From Candidatus Dormibacteria bacterium (lineage in GTDB: Bacteria > Chloroflexota > Dormibacteria > Aeolococcales > Bog-877), in the NCBI GenBank assembly GCA_049518775.1, contig JBEKRL010000004.1, positions 4,968 to 68,967 on the forward strand: a stretch of DNA of 64,000 bases, written 5' to 3'. The position numbers were made by a program, and so were the translations under genes. Positions 28,300-38,347 of the stretch are shown here, piece by piece. Below the pieces are notes generated by a model that ran no database searches, was not told where the DNA came from, and worked only from the letters and a program-made list of their open reading frames with translations. How positions within the stretch are numbered: the stretch's first letter is position 1; each line of letters starts with the position of its first letter.

Positions 28300-29757
28300 C
28301 TATGTCTCCGAGGCGCGGGTGGCGGCTGCTTCCTTCCGCACGCTGCCCACGGAGAGGACGAAGTAGACAAGGCCGCCGACGAGAATGCCGACCACCCAGC
28401 TGAAGTCAGCACCTCCGGTAGCCTTGGAAAGCGGGCCCGTAAAGGAGGGCACGTAGAAGGCGGCATCGATCCACAGCATCGCGGCCACCATTCCCAGCGC
28501 CTGAGCGACAAGCGCCTTCCAGTTCACACCGCCGTTCCGCCAGTACAGTCCGCCAATCCTCGACACCAGCGAGCCGGTGTCGTAGCGGCCACGGCGGAGC
28601 AGGTAGTCGACCATCAAGATCCCGAACCAGGGTCCGAGCCAGACCACGATGTAGTCCAGGAAGCCCGACAGGTCGGTGTAGAACTTGCCCTTGAAGATCA
28701 CCAGGGCGGTGACGGCCCCGGCCACGATGGTGTCGATGACGACCGCTCCCCAGCGCTTGATCGGCAGCCCCAAGGCCTGAAGCGTCACCGACGACGAGTA
28801 CATGTCGATCGAGTTGATGGCGAACAGCTGGGGGAGGACCAGGATGAGGAAGGGCCAGAAGAACCAACTCGCGAACGAGGATGGCACGCCGGTCACAGCG
28901 GTCACGCTCGGGCTCACAATGAAAGCCAGCGCTCCCAGAATCTCCAGCAGGATCGCGGGGATGGCGCCGCCCAGGGTGGCGGCCCAGAACGTCCTGGCCT
29001 TGGGTGTCGAGCGGGGCAGGTAGCGCGAGTAGTCGGCGGCATTCTCGGTCCAGCCCAGGCCACCAGCCGAGACGATCAGCACTACGGCAGTGGTCCACAG
29101 CGCCCACGAGCCTGACTGATGGAAGTGGGAAAGGTTGACATGGGGGATGACCAGCACCGCCATGATCACGAAGAGCACGATGAAGACGTAGGACAGGTAG
29201 CGCAGGAGCCTGGTGATCATCGCGTGGCCGAGGAACGGCACTATGAACTGAATCAGGACGGCCGCGACTATCAGGATGGCCTTGAGCCCGGTCCCGACCC
29301 CGATGCCGCCCTTGACGAACATCGCCACGGCCACCAGCACGACAAGCACGATGCCCTCGATCTCAAAGCCCACCTGGGTGAGCCAGTTGAAGAACGAGAC
29401 CACTCGGTTGCCGTTGATCCCGAAGGGGGCTCTGGAGACCATGAAGGCCGTGGTGCCGGTCTCTGGCCCGGGCAGGCTGGCCCAGCCCAGGAATGAGTAG
29501 AAGAGGTTGCCAACCAGGATGGCGAGCACCGCCTGGCCGAATGAGAGTCCGAATGAAATCGCCAGAGCTCCGTAGACCAGGAACTCAACGTTCCAAATCG
29601 CCCCGGCCCAGAGCCAGAACAGCCCTGAGGGCTTCATCTTCCTGTCCGCGTCGGGGATCAGATCGATGCCGCGCTGCTCGACCTTGAGCGCCGAGTACTC
29701 CTCCGTCGCCGGGACGGGCGCGCCCTGCCCTACATTGGTCGGATAGTTCCTTGCCAA
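28300..29757 (-). CDS. NCS1 family nucleobase:cation symporter (cytosine/purine/uracil/allantoin permease-like)
   Basis: 12-TM NCS1 profile (ALKVEQRGIDLIPDADRK...LFWLWAGA..); TTG 29757 preceded by AGGGGGGA RBS; upstream part of ORF (to 30168) is Pro/Arg-rich and non-coding. Confidence 0.8.
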   Translation of the reverse strand: MARNYPTNVGQGAPVPATEEYSALKVEQRGIDLIPDADRKMKPSGLFWLWAGAIWNVEFLVYGALAISFGLSFGQAVLAILVGNLFYSFLGWASLPGPETGTTAFMVSRAPFGINGNRVVSFFNWLTQVGFEIEGIVLVVLVAVAMFVKGGIGVGTGLKAILIVAAVLIQFIVPFLGHAMITRLLRYLSYVFIVLFVIMAVLVIPHVNLSHFHQSGSWALWTTAVVLIVSAGGLGWTENAADYSRYLPRSTPKARTFWAATLGGAIPAILLEILGALAFIVSPSVTAVTGVPSSFASWFFWPFLILVLPQLFAINSIDMYSSSVTLQALGLPIKRWGAVVIDTIVAGAVTALVIFKGKFYTDLSGFLDYIVVWLGPWFGILMVDYLLRRGRYDTGSLVSRIGGLYWRNGGVNWKALVAQALGMVAAMLWIDAAFYVPSFTGPLSKATGGADFSWVVGILVGGLVYFVLSVGSVRKEAAATRASET

Positions 29758-30779
29758 GGCATCCCCCCTGTGATCTGGGCCGTTGGACTCGCCGGAAGTT
29801 CCCGCCACTATAAGGCTAGCCGGCGGTTCCCGGCTGGGGTCGGTTGGACCCCAGCCGGGGCGGGGTTGGGAGCTGCCCCCGGTCAGCGGCGGGGTAGCCG
29901 CGAACAGGCGTCTGCGGCGGTAGCAGCAGCGGGTGAAGCTGGCCGCCTGGACCCGGGTCAATGGCGTCCGCCCTAAGACCGCCGTTCGTGGGGGGAAGGC
30001 ACGCTCCCGGCGCCGGCACGCACGGTCGGTCCGCGGCCCATCCTGGTGGAGACCGGGCCGCCCGGAGTCCCCGGGGCCGTCGCGATCTGCGCCCGCGCCT
30101 CCTCCCCCGACCGACCGGCAGATATCGAGTGCCAGGTGGGTCGGCTGGCGGAATCGGCGGCCTCGCACTCGTTACCGGTGAGCCGGACCTTCGCCGAGGT
30201 GGGCTCGGGGTTGAACGGATCTCGCCCCAGGCTGCGGCGGCTGCTGCCGGATCGGACGGTCAGGACGATCGTAACCGAGCATCTCACCAGCCTTCGCGCC
30301 CGGCTCTACGGGAGGTGCTCAGCCTGCACCAGAGCGGCTCGAGCCCTGGGGGCCGACGCGCCGGCCGGCCGGTGGAGGTCGCCTGAATGGCGAGAGCCCG
30401 CCGCGCGTGCGATATACGCCGACGGGGCGGATGACGGACCGGGAGCTCTCCCGGCAGCTCGCGGTGAAGCACGAACCGGGGTCACCCCAAGGCTCGCGCC
30501 CGGGGCCGGGGTCCTCGATCACGGCAGAGCTCCTGTCCCGATGGGCCCGGTGATCAGGAATGGTGGCCGCTCCCCCACCGTCGCCGGGCCGCGTCGGCGT
30601 CCCCGGGCCAGAGCGATCGAGGGCCGATCGCGTCTCCAGGATCAAGAGCCCGAGCTGCGCCTGGTGAGAGCCGACCCGGTTCCCGAGGAGCCTGAAGCAC
30701 CTGGCCTCCACCCCAAGTGGCATCGTCGGTCTTCCGCGTTCCGGCCTCACGCATCACTGCGTCGATGGTGGCCGGCCCT

Positions 30780-32186
30780 TCAACTCGGGTACTGGCAGAA
30801 GCCCCGCACGATGAACCGCCCGTCGCCGCGCCGGCCGACGTATTGGCCCCGGTCCAGCACCACCGAACCCCGCAGAAGCACCGTTTCCACCCGCCCCGAG
30901 ATCTCCATGCCCTCGTAGCAGGAGTAGTCCACTGCCATGTGATGGGTGCTGGCGGAGATCGTGCTCCGCGCAGAGGGGTCGTAGATCACCACGTCGGCGT
31001 CGGCCCCTGGCCGCAGGCTGCCCTTACGGGGATACATGCCGAACATCTTGGCCGGCGAGGTCGAGGTCACGTCGACCCAGCGGGTGAGGCTGAGCATGCC
31101 TCGCACCACCCCTTGGTGGATCAGGTTCATGCGGTGCTCCACCCCGGGCAGCCCGTTGGGAATCTTGGAGAAGTCACCGCGGCCCAGGTCCTTCTGCCCC
31201 TGGAAGCGGAAGGGACAGTGGTCGGTGGCGACCACCGACAGGTCGCCGCCGTGGAGGCCGCGCCAGAGGGCCAGCTGATCGTGGCTCGACCTCAGCGGCG
31301 GGGAGCAGACGAATTTGGCACCTTCGAATCCGTCCCTGGCCAGATCGTCCTCGGAGAGGAAGAGGTATTGGGGGCAGGTCTCCGCGAAGACCGGCTGGCC
31401 CCGGTCGCGGGCCCCCACCACCTCCGCCAGCGCCGCCGCCGCCGAGACGTGCACGATGTACAGGGAGGCTCCGGCCACCCTGGCCAGCTGGATCGCCCGA
31501 TGGGTGGCCTCCCCCTCCAGGACCGCCGGCCTGGTCGAGGAGTGGAAACGGGGAGCCACCTCACCGCGGGCCAGGGCCTGGGCCACCAGCAGCTCGGTCG
31601 CGATCCCGTTCTCGGCGTGAATCTGGATCAGGGCCCGGTTGTGGGCGCCGTGCTGGAGCGCAGCCAGGATCTGGCCATCCGTGGAATAGGAGACACCGGG
31701 ATAGGCCATGTAGAGCTTGAAGCTGGTCACTCCCTCATCGACCAGCTGGTCCATCTCGCGCAGGGAGGACTCGTTGACATCGGCGAAGCCCATGTGAAAG
31801 CCGTAGTCGGCAGCGCAGTTGCCCTCCGCCTTGAGCCGCCAGCTCTCCAGCGCGTCATGCAGCGACCCACCCCGGATCTGGCTGGCGAAGTCCACGATGG
31901 TCGTGGTACCCCCCCAGATGGCCGCCCTGGTGCCGGTCTCAAAGGAGTCGGAGGCGACCGTGCCCGCGACCGGCAGCTCCATGTGGGTGTGGGCGTCCAC
32001 CCCGCCCGGCAGCACGTACCTGCCCGCCGCCTCCAGGACTCGGTCCGCCGACTCTGCGAAGGCCTGGCTCAGCTCCGACCGGGCGGCGGCCAGGCCGACG
32101 ACCCGCTGGTCTTCGATCAGCACGTCCGCCGGCTCGGCCGAGTCCGCAGTCAGGACGGTGCCACCCCGGATGATCAGGCGCGCCAC
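30780..32186 (-). CDS. dihydropyrimidinase / D-hydantoinase (cyclic amidohydrolase; HyuA/YgeZ-like position)
   Basis: GGVDAHTHMELP, FKLYMAY (carboxylated Lys), HAENG, DHCPF, KIPNGLPGVEHRM; GTG start with GGGAGATGAG RBS. Confidence 0.85.
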   Translation of the reverse strand: MARLIIRGGTVLTADSAEPADVLIEDQRVVGLAAARSELSQAFAESADRVLEAAGRYVLPGGVDAHTHMELPVAGTVASDSFETGTRAAIWGGTTTIVDFASQIRGGSLHDALESWRLKAEGNCAADYGFHMGFADVNESSLREMDQLVDEGVTSFKLYMAYPGVSYSTDGQILAALQHGAHNRALIQIHAENGIATELLVAQALARGEVAPRFHSSTRPAVLEGEATHRAIQLARVAGASLYIVHVSAAAALAEVVGARDRGQPVFAETCPQYLFLSEDDLARDGFEGAKFVCSPPLRSSHDQLALWRGLHGGDLSVVATDHCPFRFQGQKDLGRGDFSKIPNGLPGVEHRMNLIHQGVVRGMLSLTRWVDVTSTSPAKMFGMYPRKGSLRPGADADVVIYDPSARSTISASTHHMAVDYSCYEGMEISGRVETVLLRGSVVLDRGQYVGRRGDGRFIVRGFCQYPS

Positions 32187-32373
32187 CTCAGCTCATCTCC
32201 CGGCTCGCTCGGCCAGCGCCGGGGCAGCCCCTGAGACCTGGCTGCGGTTCGACCGGCTCGGCATCAGGGCCGCCGGTGGCGCTTGTCGAATCGGCGCCCT
32301 CCCGGCCCGCGGCCGGTGAGGCTCCGGAAAATGCCACCCGTCGCGCTGGCGCCGCCCCGAGGTGCCGCGGCCA

Positions 32374-33333
32374 TCAGTCCCTGGTGATTCGCGTGCCGGT
32401 CTCGCCCCGCAGCGCTCGCTCGATGTTGGCAGGGTTGGTCACGATCGCCTCCTTGCCACCGGCGTCGAGATAGTTGAGCACGGCCTGGATCTTCGGAGCC
32501 ATGCTGCCGGCGGCGAAGTGGGTCCCCTGTTGCAGGTACTCGCGGGCCTGCGCCGCCGTCAGATGATCGACGTCGTGCTGCTCCGGGGTACCGAAGTACA
32601 GCGCCACCTTCTCCACCGCGGTGGAGATCAGCAGCAGGTCCGCCCCCAGTTTTGCCGCCAGCAGGGCGGAGGCGAGGTCCTTGTCAATGACCGCCGCGAC
32701 CCCTCGCAGCTGCCCTTCGTCGTCGGCGACCACGGGGATCCCCCCGCCGCCCACGGTGATGACGATCGTGCCACTCTCGACCAGCCGCCGGATCGCGGGC
32801 AGCTCCACGATGCGCTTCGGGAGTGGGGACGCGACCACACGGCGCCAGCCCCGGTTGGCATCCTCGATCAGGGCCCAACCGTCCGCCCGCCGGCGCTCGG
32901 CCATCGCCTCGTCCATGAAGGAGCCTATGGGCTTGCTGGGGTGGGAGAAGGCCGGGTCGTCAGCCGCCACCACGGTCTGGCAGATGACAGTGACCGCCTC
33001 GCGGTCGATCCCCAGATCCAGAAACTCGTTGTGGAGGTTCTGCTGAAGTTCGTAGCCGATGGCGCCTTGGGAGTCGGCCCCGCACACGTCGAGCGGCACC
33101 TCATGGAGCTCGTGCGCAGCGAGCTCGGAGCGCCGGAGGATGAAGCCCACCTGGGGGCCGTTGCCATGACTCACGACCACCGTCCAGCCCGCCTTCACCA
33201 TCGCCGCGATGTGGTGGCTGGTCTCCTTGGCGGCGAGGTTCTGGTCCTCAACCGATTGGTGTGCCTTGTCGATGATCAGCGAGTTGCCCCCGATCGCCAC
33301 CACCGCGGTTCGCTCGGCCCTGGCCGCGCTCAT
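32374..33333 (-). CDS. arcC: carbamate kinase
   Basis: VVAIGGNSL, GNGPQVG, GGGGIPV, AAGSMAPKI motifs; ATG overlaps upstream stop (ATGA). Confidence 0.85.
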   Translation of the reverse strand: MSAARAERTAVVAIGGNSLIIDKAHQSVEDQNLAAKETSHHIAAMVKAGWTVVVSHGNGPQVGFILRRSELAAHELHEVPLDVCGADSQGAIGYELQQNLHNEFLDLGIDREAVTVICQTVVAADDPAFSHPSKPIGSFMDEAMAERRRADGWALIEDANRGWRRVVASPLPKRIVELPAIRRLVESGTIVITVGGGGIPVVADDEGQLRGVAAVIDKDLASALLAAKLGADLLLISTAVEKVALYFGTPEQHDVDHLTAAQAREYLQQGTHFAAGSMAPKIQAVLNYLDAGGKEAIVTNPANIERALRGETGTRITRD

Positions 33334-34307
33334 CGCATCGTCAGGGCCATCACGGCCTTCTGCCCGTGGAGGCGGTTCTCGGCCTGGTCATAGACCGCGG
33401 AGTGGGGCCCGTCGATGACCCCGTCGGTCACCTCGACGTTGCGTGCCGCCGGCAGGGGGTGCATGAAGATGGCATCCTCGCTCGCGGTGGCCATGTGGGC
33501 TTCGTCGGTCATCCAGGACCGGTACTTGTTGATGAGGCGGGTCTCCTCGGCCTCGTCCGAGGTGGTGACCATCGCTCCCCAGCTCTTGGCATACACCACG
33601 TCGGTACCCCGGAAGCCGGCCTCGAAGTCGTCCATCAGCTCGAAGCCGACATGGGCCCGCCGCGCGTTCTCCTTCATCTGCTCGACTATCTCGGGCATCA
33701 GAGCGAACTCCGGCGGGTGGACCAGGCGCACGTTCATGCCGAAACGCGGCAGCAGCAGCGCCAGGCTCTGCGGCGCACTCACCGGCTTCAGGTAGGTCGG
33801 ATCGTGCGCCCAGCTCACCGTGGCGGTCCGGCCCCGGAGGTCCTTGAAGCGCTCGAGGATCGTCATCAGGTCCGCCAGGGCCTGGTGGGGGTGGTAGACC
33901 TCGCACTGCATATTGAGCACCGGGACGCGGCTCGCCTCGGCGACGTCCCGGATGTAGCGGTTGCCCACGCCCCAGTCCACGTTGCGGATCGCGATCCCGT
34001 CGTTGTAGCGGCCGAGGATCTCCCCGATCTCCTTCGCCGTGTCGCCATGCGCGATCTGAGTGGTCCGGGATTCGATGAACTGCGCATGTCCTCCGAGCTG
34101 CGCCATTCCGGCCTCGAAGGACGCCCGGGTCCGGGTCGAGGAGAAGAAGAAGAGCATGGCCAGCACCTTGTCGCGCAGGAGCGGATGGGGGATCCCCAGC
34201 GCGCGCTCCCGCTTCAGAATGAAAGCCACGTCGAGCAGGGTCTCGATCTCGCCCAGGGTCCACTCCTGCAGGTCGATCATGTCGCGCCCGCGCAGGTCTG
34301 TCTGCAT
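33330..34307 (-). CDS. carbamoyltransferase, OTC/ATC superfamily (YgeW-like paralog 1)
   Basis: STRTR carbamoyl-phosphate motif, HPHQ and HPLPA motifs, N-terminal DLRGRDMIDLQEWTLGEI. Confidence 0.75.
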   Translation of the reverse strand: MQTDLRGRDMIDLQEWTLGEIETLLDVAFILKRERALGIPHPLLRDKVLAMLFFFSSTRTRASFEAGMAQLGGHAQFIESRTTQIAHGDTAKEIGEILGRYNDGIAIRNVDWGVGNRYIRDVAEASRVPVLNMQCEVYHPHQALADLMTILERFKDLRGRTATVSWAHDPTYLKPVSAPQSLALLLPRFGMNVRLVHPPEFALMPEIVEQMKENARRAHVGFELMDDFEAGFRGTDVVYAKSWGAMVTTSDEAEETRLINKYRSWMTDEAHMATASEDAIFMHPLPAARNVEVTDGVIDGPHSAVYDQAENRLHGQKAVMALTMR

Positions 34308-34312
34308 GGCCG

Positions 34313-35266
34313 TCAGTCCACCGCGCCGAGGACGAGTGCGAGCAGAGCCATGCGCATCACCACCCCGTTGAAGGCCTCGACCCAGTAGCGGGCGTGGCGA
34401 GTGGCGTCGACCTCGACCGGCAGCTCGTCCATCCGGGGCAGCGAGTGCACCACGATCGCCCCACCCTTGCCCTTGGTCCGCAGCAGCTCCCGGGTGACCC
34501 GGTAGGCGGCGGGAGTGCGACCCTTGTCCTCGGTCGCCTCGACGCGCGACTGGGTGTAGTCGGGCTGCACCACGGGCTCCATGTAGATGACATCGGCGCC
34601 CTCGATGCAGGCCTCGACGCTCTCCATCTCCTGGTAGCGGACGCTGCGCTCATCGAGCTCGGCCTTGAACTCCGGGAGCAGCGACATGTCCGGCGGGGAG
34701 ACCACGAACGCCTCCATGTCGAACTGGGACATCGCGTAGAGGATGGAGTGCATCGTGCGCATCCGCATGTCGCCGACCAGCAGAACCTTCAAGCCATCGA
34801 GGGTGCCCTTGTCCTGCCAGATGGTGTACAGGTCGGTGAGCACCTGGGTGGGGTGCTCGCCCCATCCGTCCCCGCAGTTGATGACCGGTACCGAGGCCCA
34901 TTTTGCCGCCTCGTGCGGCGCACCCTGCTGGAAGTGGCGCATGGCGATGACATCGCCGTAGTACTCGAGCATGTGCACCGTGTCCTTGATCGACTCCTGA
35001 TAGAAGTCGCCCGCCCTGGTCATCTTGGCATCGGAGAAGCCGAGGACGTGGCCGCCGAGACGGTGCATTGCTGCCTCGGTGGCCAGCCGGGTGCGGGTGC
35101 TCGGTTGGTAGAAGGCGGTGAGCAGAGTCTTGTGCTGGAGCAGGTCACCGTTGCGCCGCTCGGCTGCATACGGCTTGAGTTCGTCGGCCACCCGGAAGGT
35201 CTGGAAGTACTCCTCTCGCTCCATGTCCTTCAGGGACAGAATGTCGCGGCCGAGAAAGCTCCTCAT
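34313..35266 (-). CDS. carbamoyltransferase, OTC/ATC superfamily (paralog 2)
   Basis: STRTR, HPTQ, HSLPR motifs; ATG 35266 with GGAAGGGAGAA RBS (ORF open to 35416). Confidence 0.75.
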   Translation of the reverse strand: MRSFLGRDILSLKDMEREEYFQTFRVADELKPYAAERRNGDLLQHKTLLTAFYQPSTRTRLATEAAMHRLGGHVLGFSDAKMTRAGDFYQESIKDTVHMLEYYGDVIAMRHFQQGAPHEAAKWASVPVINCGDGWGEHPTQVLTDLYTIWQDKGTLDGLKVLLVGDMRMRTMHSILYAMSQFDMEAFVVSPPDMSLLPEFKAELDERSVRYQEMESVEACIEGADVIYMEPVVQPDYTQSRVEATEDKGRTPAAYRVTRELLRTKGKGGAIVVHSLPRMDELPVEVDATRHARYWVEAFNGVVMRMALLALVLGAVD

Positions 35267-35434
35267 GCCTGTTCTCCCTTCCAACTCCTGCTCATATACA
35301 TCTCCTTCTGCTGCCACTTCGCCGGCAGCTGGCGGGCACCTCGGTGCACGGGCCTTGAGCTGGCCCTGGCGCACGGAAAGCCCGGCGCCGCAGCCATCAT
35401 AGCTCGGGCGCCGCAAAGGGGGTGGACCTGTGGG

Positions 35435-36931
35435 TCAGGCGGTCGCCGGGGCGCCGACCTGGGCGTTGAACTCGGCGATGAGCTCATCCCAGGCTCCTAC
35501 CTGTTCCATGAGCCCATCCCAGAATGCCTGGCGCCGACGCACCTCGAAGGCCTCGAGCGACACTCCCTGCTGTTCCACCCAGGTGAAGTAGCCAAGGTTG
35601 AAGATCCGGGTCCGGTCCTGGTGCCGAAGCTCCAGCAGCTCGGAGTGCTCGGCATCCTGCAGATCTCGCGCCAGGGCGGCCAGGGCAGCTGGTTCGTCCA
35701 GGCCCTCAGGGAAGTCACGCCGGACCCGGGCCTGACGCTGGTCGGCGTACATCGCCGCCCCGTCGGTGGCCAGGGTCAGGACCAGGTCCTCTGGACCCAG
35801 CTCAAAGTGGCGGGCCACCGCCACGGCAGCCACCACGTTGGCCAGCGCCGACAGGCCGAAGTGGGCCATCCCCGCCAGCAGCGATTGCTCCAGACCGGGG
35901 GCCTGCTGCAGAGCCGCCAGCCCTTCCTTGGTGTGGAAGATGGCATCCAGCCGGTCGGTGTTGCGGTCCGACACCGCCACCACCACGTCGGTGTTCATGA
36001 CGTTGTGGATGAGGGGAATGTGCTTGTCACCGATGCCCTGGATGTTGTGGTCCCCGAAACCGTTGCGCAACATGGTGGCGCACTCCACCGGTTCCGCGGC
36101 CACGGTTCGCGTCCCCAATCGCTGCTTCAGGTGGTCGCCAGCGCCGAGGGAGCCCGATGAGCCGGTGGTGGCGACGAAGGCGAAGGGCTGCAGCTGGGGT
36201 CGCTGGACCCGCAGGTGCTCCACCAGCCGCTCCAGGGCCCGCCCGGTGCAGAGGCGGTGGACCACATAGTTGGGGTACTCGGCGAACTGGTTGAGGATCA
36301 CGTTGCGCTCGTCCTCGGCCAGTTCCTGGCAACGCTCGTAAATCTCCCGCACGTTGCTCTCACCACCGGGCGTGGTGATGACGTCGCTGGGTTCCGCGAC
36401 CCAGCGACGCAGCCACTCGAAGCGCTCGGTGCTCATGTCCTCGGGGAGTACCGCGACGCCCCGGCATCCCAGCATCCGGGAGATCGCCACCCCGCCGCGG
36501 CAGAAGTTCCCGGTCGACGGCCAGACCGCGCGCTGCGAGGTGGGGTCGAAGCCACCGCTGACCAGACGCGGTGCCAGGCAGGCGTACGCAGCCAGCACCT
36601 TGTGGGCCCCGATCATGGGGAAGCGGTCCGCCAGGGCGACCACGATGGTCGCGGGGACGCCGGTCAGTTCCGGCGGGAGCACAAGGTGGCTGGGCACGGG
36701 GACCAGGCTCCGCCGGTCGGCTCCGTTGTACCAGTGAACCCGGTAGAGGTTGCGGGGGTCGGGGGCGTCGGGGTCGATGCCGATCAGCTGGGAGAGGAGC
36801 TGAACGTCAAGGCTGCTGGGGTCAGCGAGCTCTGCGAAGGTCGGTAGGACGATGGCGAGTTCACGGCAGCGCGCGACCGCCTGCCGGTATGCGGTCGGAT
36901 CGGTGATGCCCCCTGCTGTCTCCACCATCAC
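35435..36931 (-). CDS. PLP-dependent enzyme, tryptophan-synthase-beta (fold type II) superfamily, unusually long (498 aa)
   Basis: fold-II-like Gly-rich loop (ATTGSSGSLGAG) and length/architecture; exact subfamily not recognisable by eye; AGAGGTGA RBS. Confidence 0.55.
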   Translation of the reverse strand: MMVETAGGITDPTAYRQAVARCRELAIVLPTFAELADPSSLDVQLLSQLIGIDPDAPDPRNLYRVHWYNGADRRSLVPVPSHLVLPPELTGVPATIVVALADRFPMIGAHKVLAAYACLAPRLVSGGFDPTSQRAVWPSTGNFCRGGVAISRMLGCRGVAVLPEDMSTERFEWLRRWVAEPSDVITTPGGESNVREIYERCQELAEDERNVILNQFAEYPNYVVHRLCTGRALERLVEHLRVQRPQLQPFAFVATTGSSGSLGAGDHLKQRLGTRTVAAEPVECATMLRNGFGDHNIQGIGDKHIPLIHNVMNTDVVVAVSDRNTDRLDAIFHTKEGLAALQQAPGLEQSLLAGMAHFGLSALANVVAAVAVARHFELGPEDLVLTLATDGAAMYADQRQARVRRDFPEGLDEPAALAALARDLQDAEHSELLELRHQDRTRIFNLGYFTWVEQQGVSLEAFEVRRRQAFWDGLMEQVGAWDELIAEFNAQVGAPATA

Positions 36932-37259
36932 TCACCTCTCTCATCGACCGGTGATCCAAAGTCGTGGCCTCGGGGCCCAGTGCGCGGGCAGGATACCATC
37001 CCGCCACGACGCTTCCGGCGAGTGCCAGCCCAGCTTGATTCGATCTCAGCCAGCATGGGCGCGGTCCGTCCCAGGGGCGGATGTGAAACTCCGCTTCCAT
37101 GAGTGGCTTACCGTCGTTGTCGCCTTGGCAAGCGTTTTGTGACGCCCTGCTCGCCCGGGAGCGGGGCCGCTCAGGAACCGGGACCGTGCCTGCCGTCAGT
37201 GCTCCTGCGGTGGCGGTGGCGCTGCCGCGGCCGTCCGGAGACACGCACAGGCGAGGGGC

Positions 37260-38294
37260 TCAAACCAATTCCAGGATTGGCTCTCCCGGTTGGCTGTCCC
37301 GCACCTCTCCGATCAGCACCGCGGAGGGCAGCAACTCGACGAGGTGGGCAGCGCGGTCGGCCCCGAGCGTGATCACCAGTCCTCCGCTGGTCTGAGCGTC
37401 GCAGGCCAGGATGAGCAGGGCATCGGGGACGTCAGCCGCGATTCGAGTAACGGTTCGGGCCAGCTCCAGATTGCGCCTGGTTCCTCCCGGGATGCGTCCC
37501 TGCGCGACCAGGTCGAGGGCACCCGGCAGCAGGGGAAGGTCTGCGGCTCTAACTGTGACTTGAACTGACGAAGCCCGGGCGAGGTTGTGGAGGTGGCCCA
37601 GGAGCCCGAAGCCGGTCACATCGGTGGCGGCGTTGGCGCCGGCCTCGACCATGGCCTGGGCCGCCGCCCGGTTGAGCTGGCGCATGGTGGCGACCGCACC
37701 TGCCAGGACCGTCGCTGCCACCTGCTGAGCCTTGTGAGCGTTGAGGATCACCCCCGTTCCCAACGGTTTGGTGAGGAAGACCAGGTCTCCGGCGCGAGCG
37801 GTGGCGTTGGTGATCATCCGGCGGGGATCGACCGAGCCCAGCACCGCGCATCCGAAGATCGGCTCGGGACTGCGGATGGAGTGGCCACCGGCGATCGCGC
37901 AGCCGGCTTCGGCCGCCACCTCCGCGCCCCCCTCGAGGATCTGCCGGAGGATCTGCCCGTCGAGGTTGGCCAGGTCGAAGCCCACCAGGTTCAGGAGCAG
38001 GAGGGGAGTGCCACCCATCGCGTAGATGTCGGAGAGGGCGTTGGCGGTGGCGATGCGACCGTAGTCGCGGGGATCGTCGACTGGGGGCGGGAAGAAGTCG
38101 GTGGTGGCGACCACGGCCAGGCTGTCGCCAACCCGGTATACGGCTGCATCGTCCATGGTCTCGGCCGAGACCAGCAGGTCGCCGCTCGCCGGGGAGGCGA
38201 TCCCGGCCAGGATGGAGGCCAGGTCGGCCTGGGCGATCTTGGCGGAACACCCGCCCTGCCCGGTGAGCTCTGTCAGTCGCACGGATCCCGCCAC
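37260..38294 (-). CDS. selD: selenide, water dikinase (selenophosphate synthetase), Cys-type
   Basis: N-terminal RLTELTGQGGCSAKI (Cys at the Sec/Cys position), PurM-like fold motifs; GTG 38294 with GAAGGAG RBS (ORF open to 38477 would overlap upstream gene by 130 bp). Confidence 0.85.
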   Translation of the reverse strand: MAGSVRLTELTGQGGCSAKIAQADLASILAGIASPASGDLLVSAETMDDAAVYRVGDSLAVVATTDFFPPPVDDPRDYGRIATANALSDIYAMGGTPLLLLNLVGFDLANLDGQILRQILEGGAEVAAEAGCAIAGGHSIRSPEPIFGCAVLGSVDPRRMITNATARAGDLVFLTKPLGTGVILNAHKAQQVAATVLAGAVATMRQLNRAAAQAMVEAGANAATDVTGFGLLGHLHNLARASSVQVTVRAADLPLLPGALDLVAQGRIPGGTRRNLELARTVTRIAADVPDALLILACDAQTSGGLVITLGADRAAHLVELLPSAVLIGEVRDSQPGEPILELV

Positions 38295-38347
38295 GCCATC
38301 TCCTTCACCCTCGCACAGGACGGCACCCGCAGCCGTGGCCCAACCGG

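Noticed and set aside
27527-28403. ORFs 27527-28018(-) and 27909-28403(+) in the ackA/NCS1 gap
   Set aside because: Pro/Arg/Gly-rich low-complexity translations, no RBS or motifs; treated as non-coding (gap flagged as finding instead).
30717-32234. 505-aa plus-strand ORF over dihydropyrimidinase
   Set aside because: Antisense shadow; the hydantoinase motifs are on the minus strand.
34394-36160. 588-aa plus-strand ORF over carbamoyltransferase/PLP genes
   Set aside because: Antisense shadow; no domain content.
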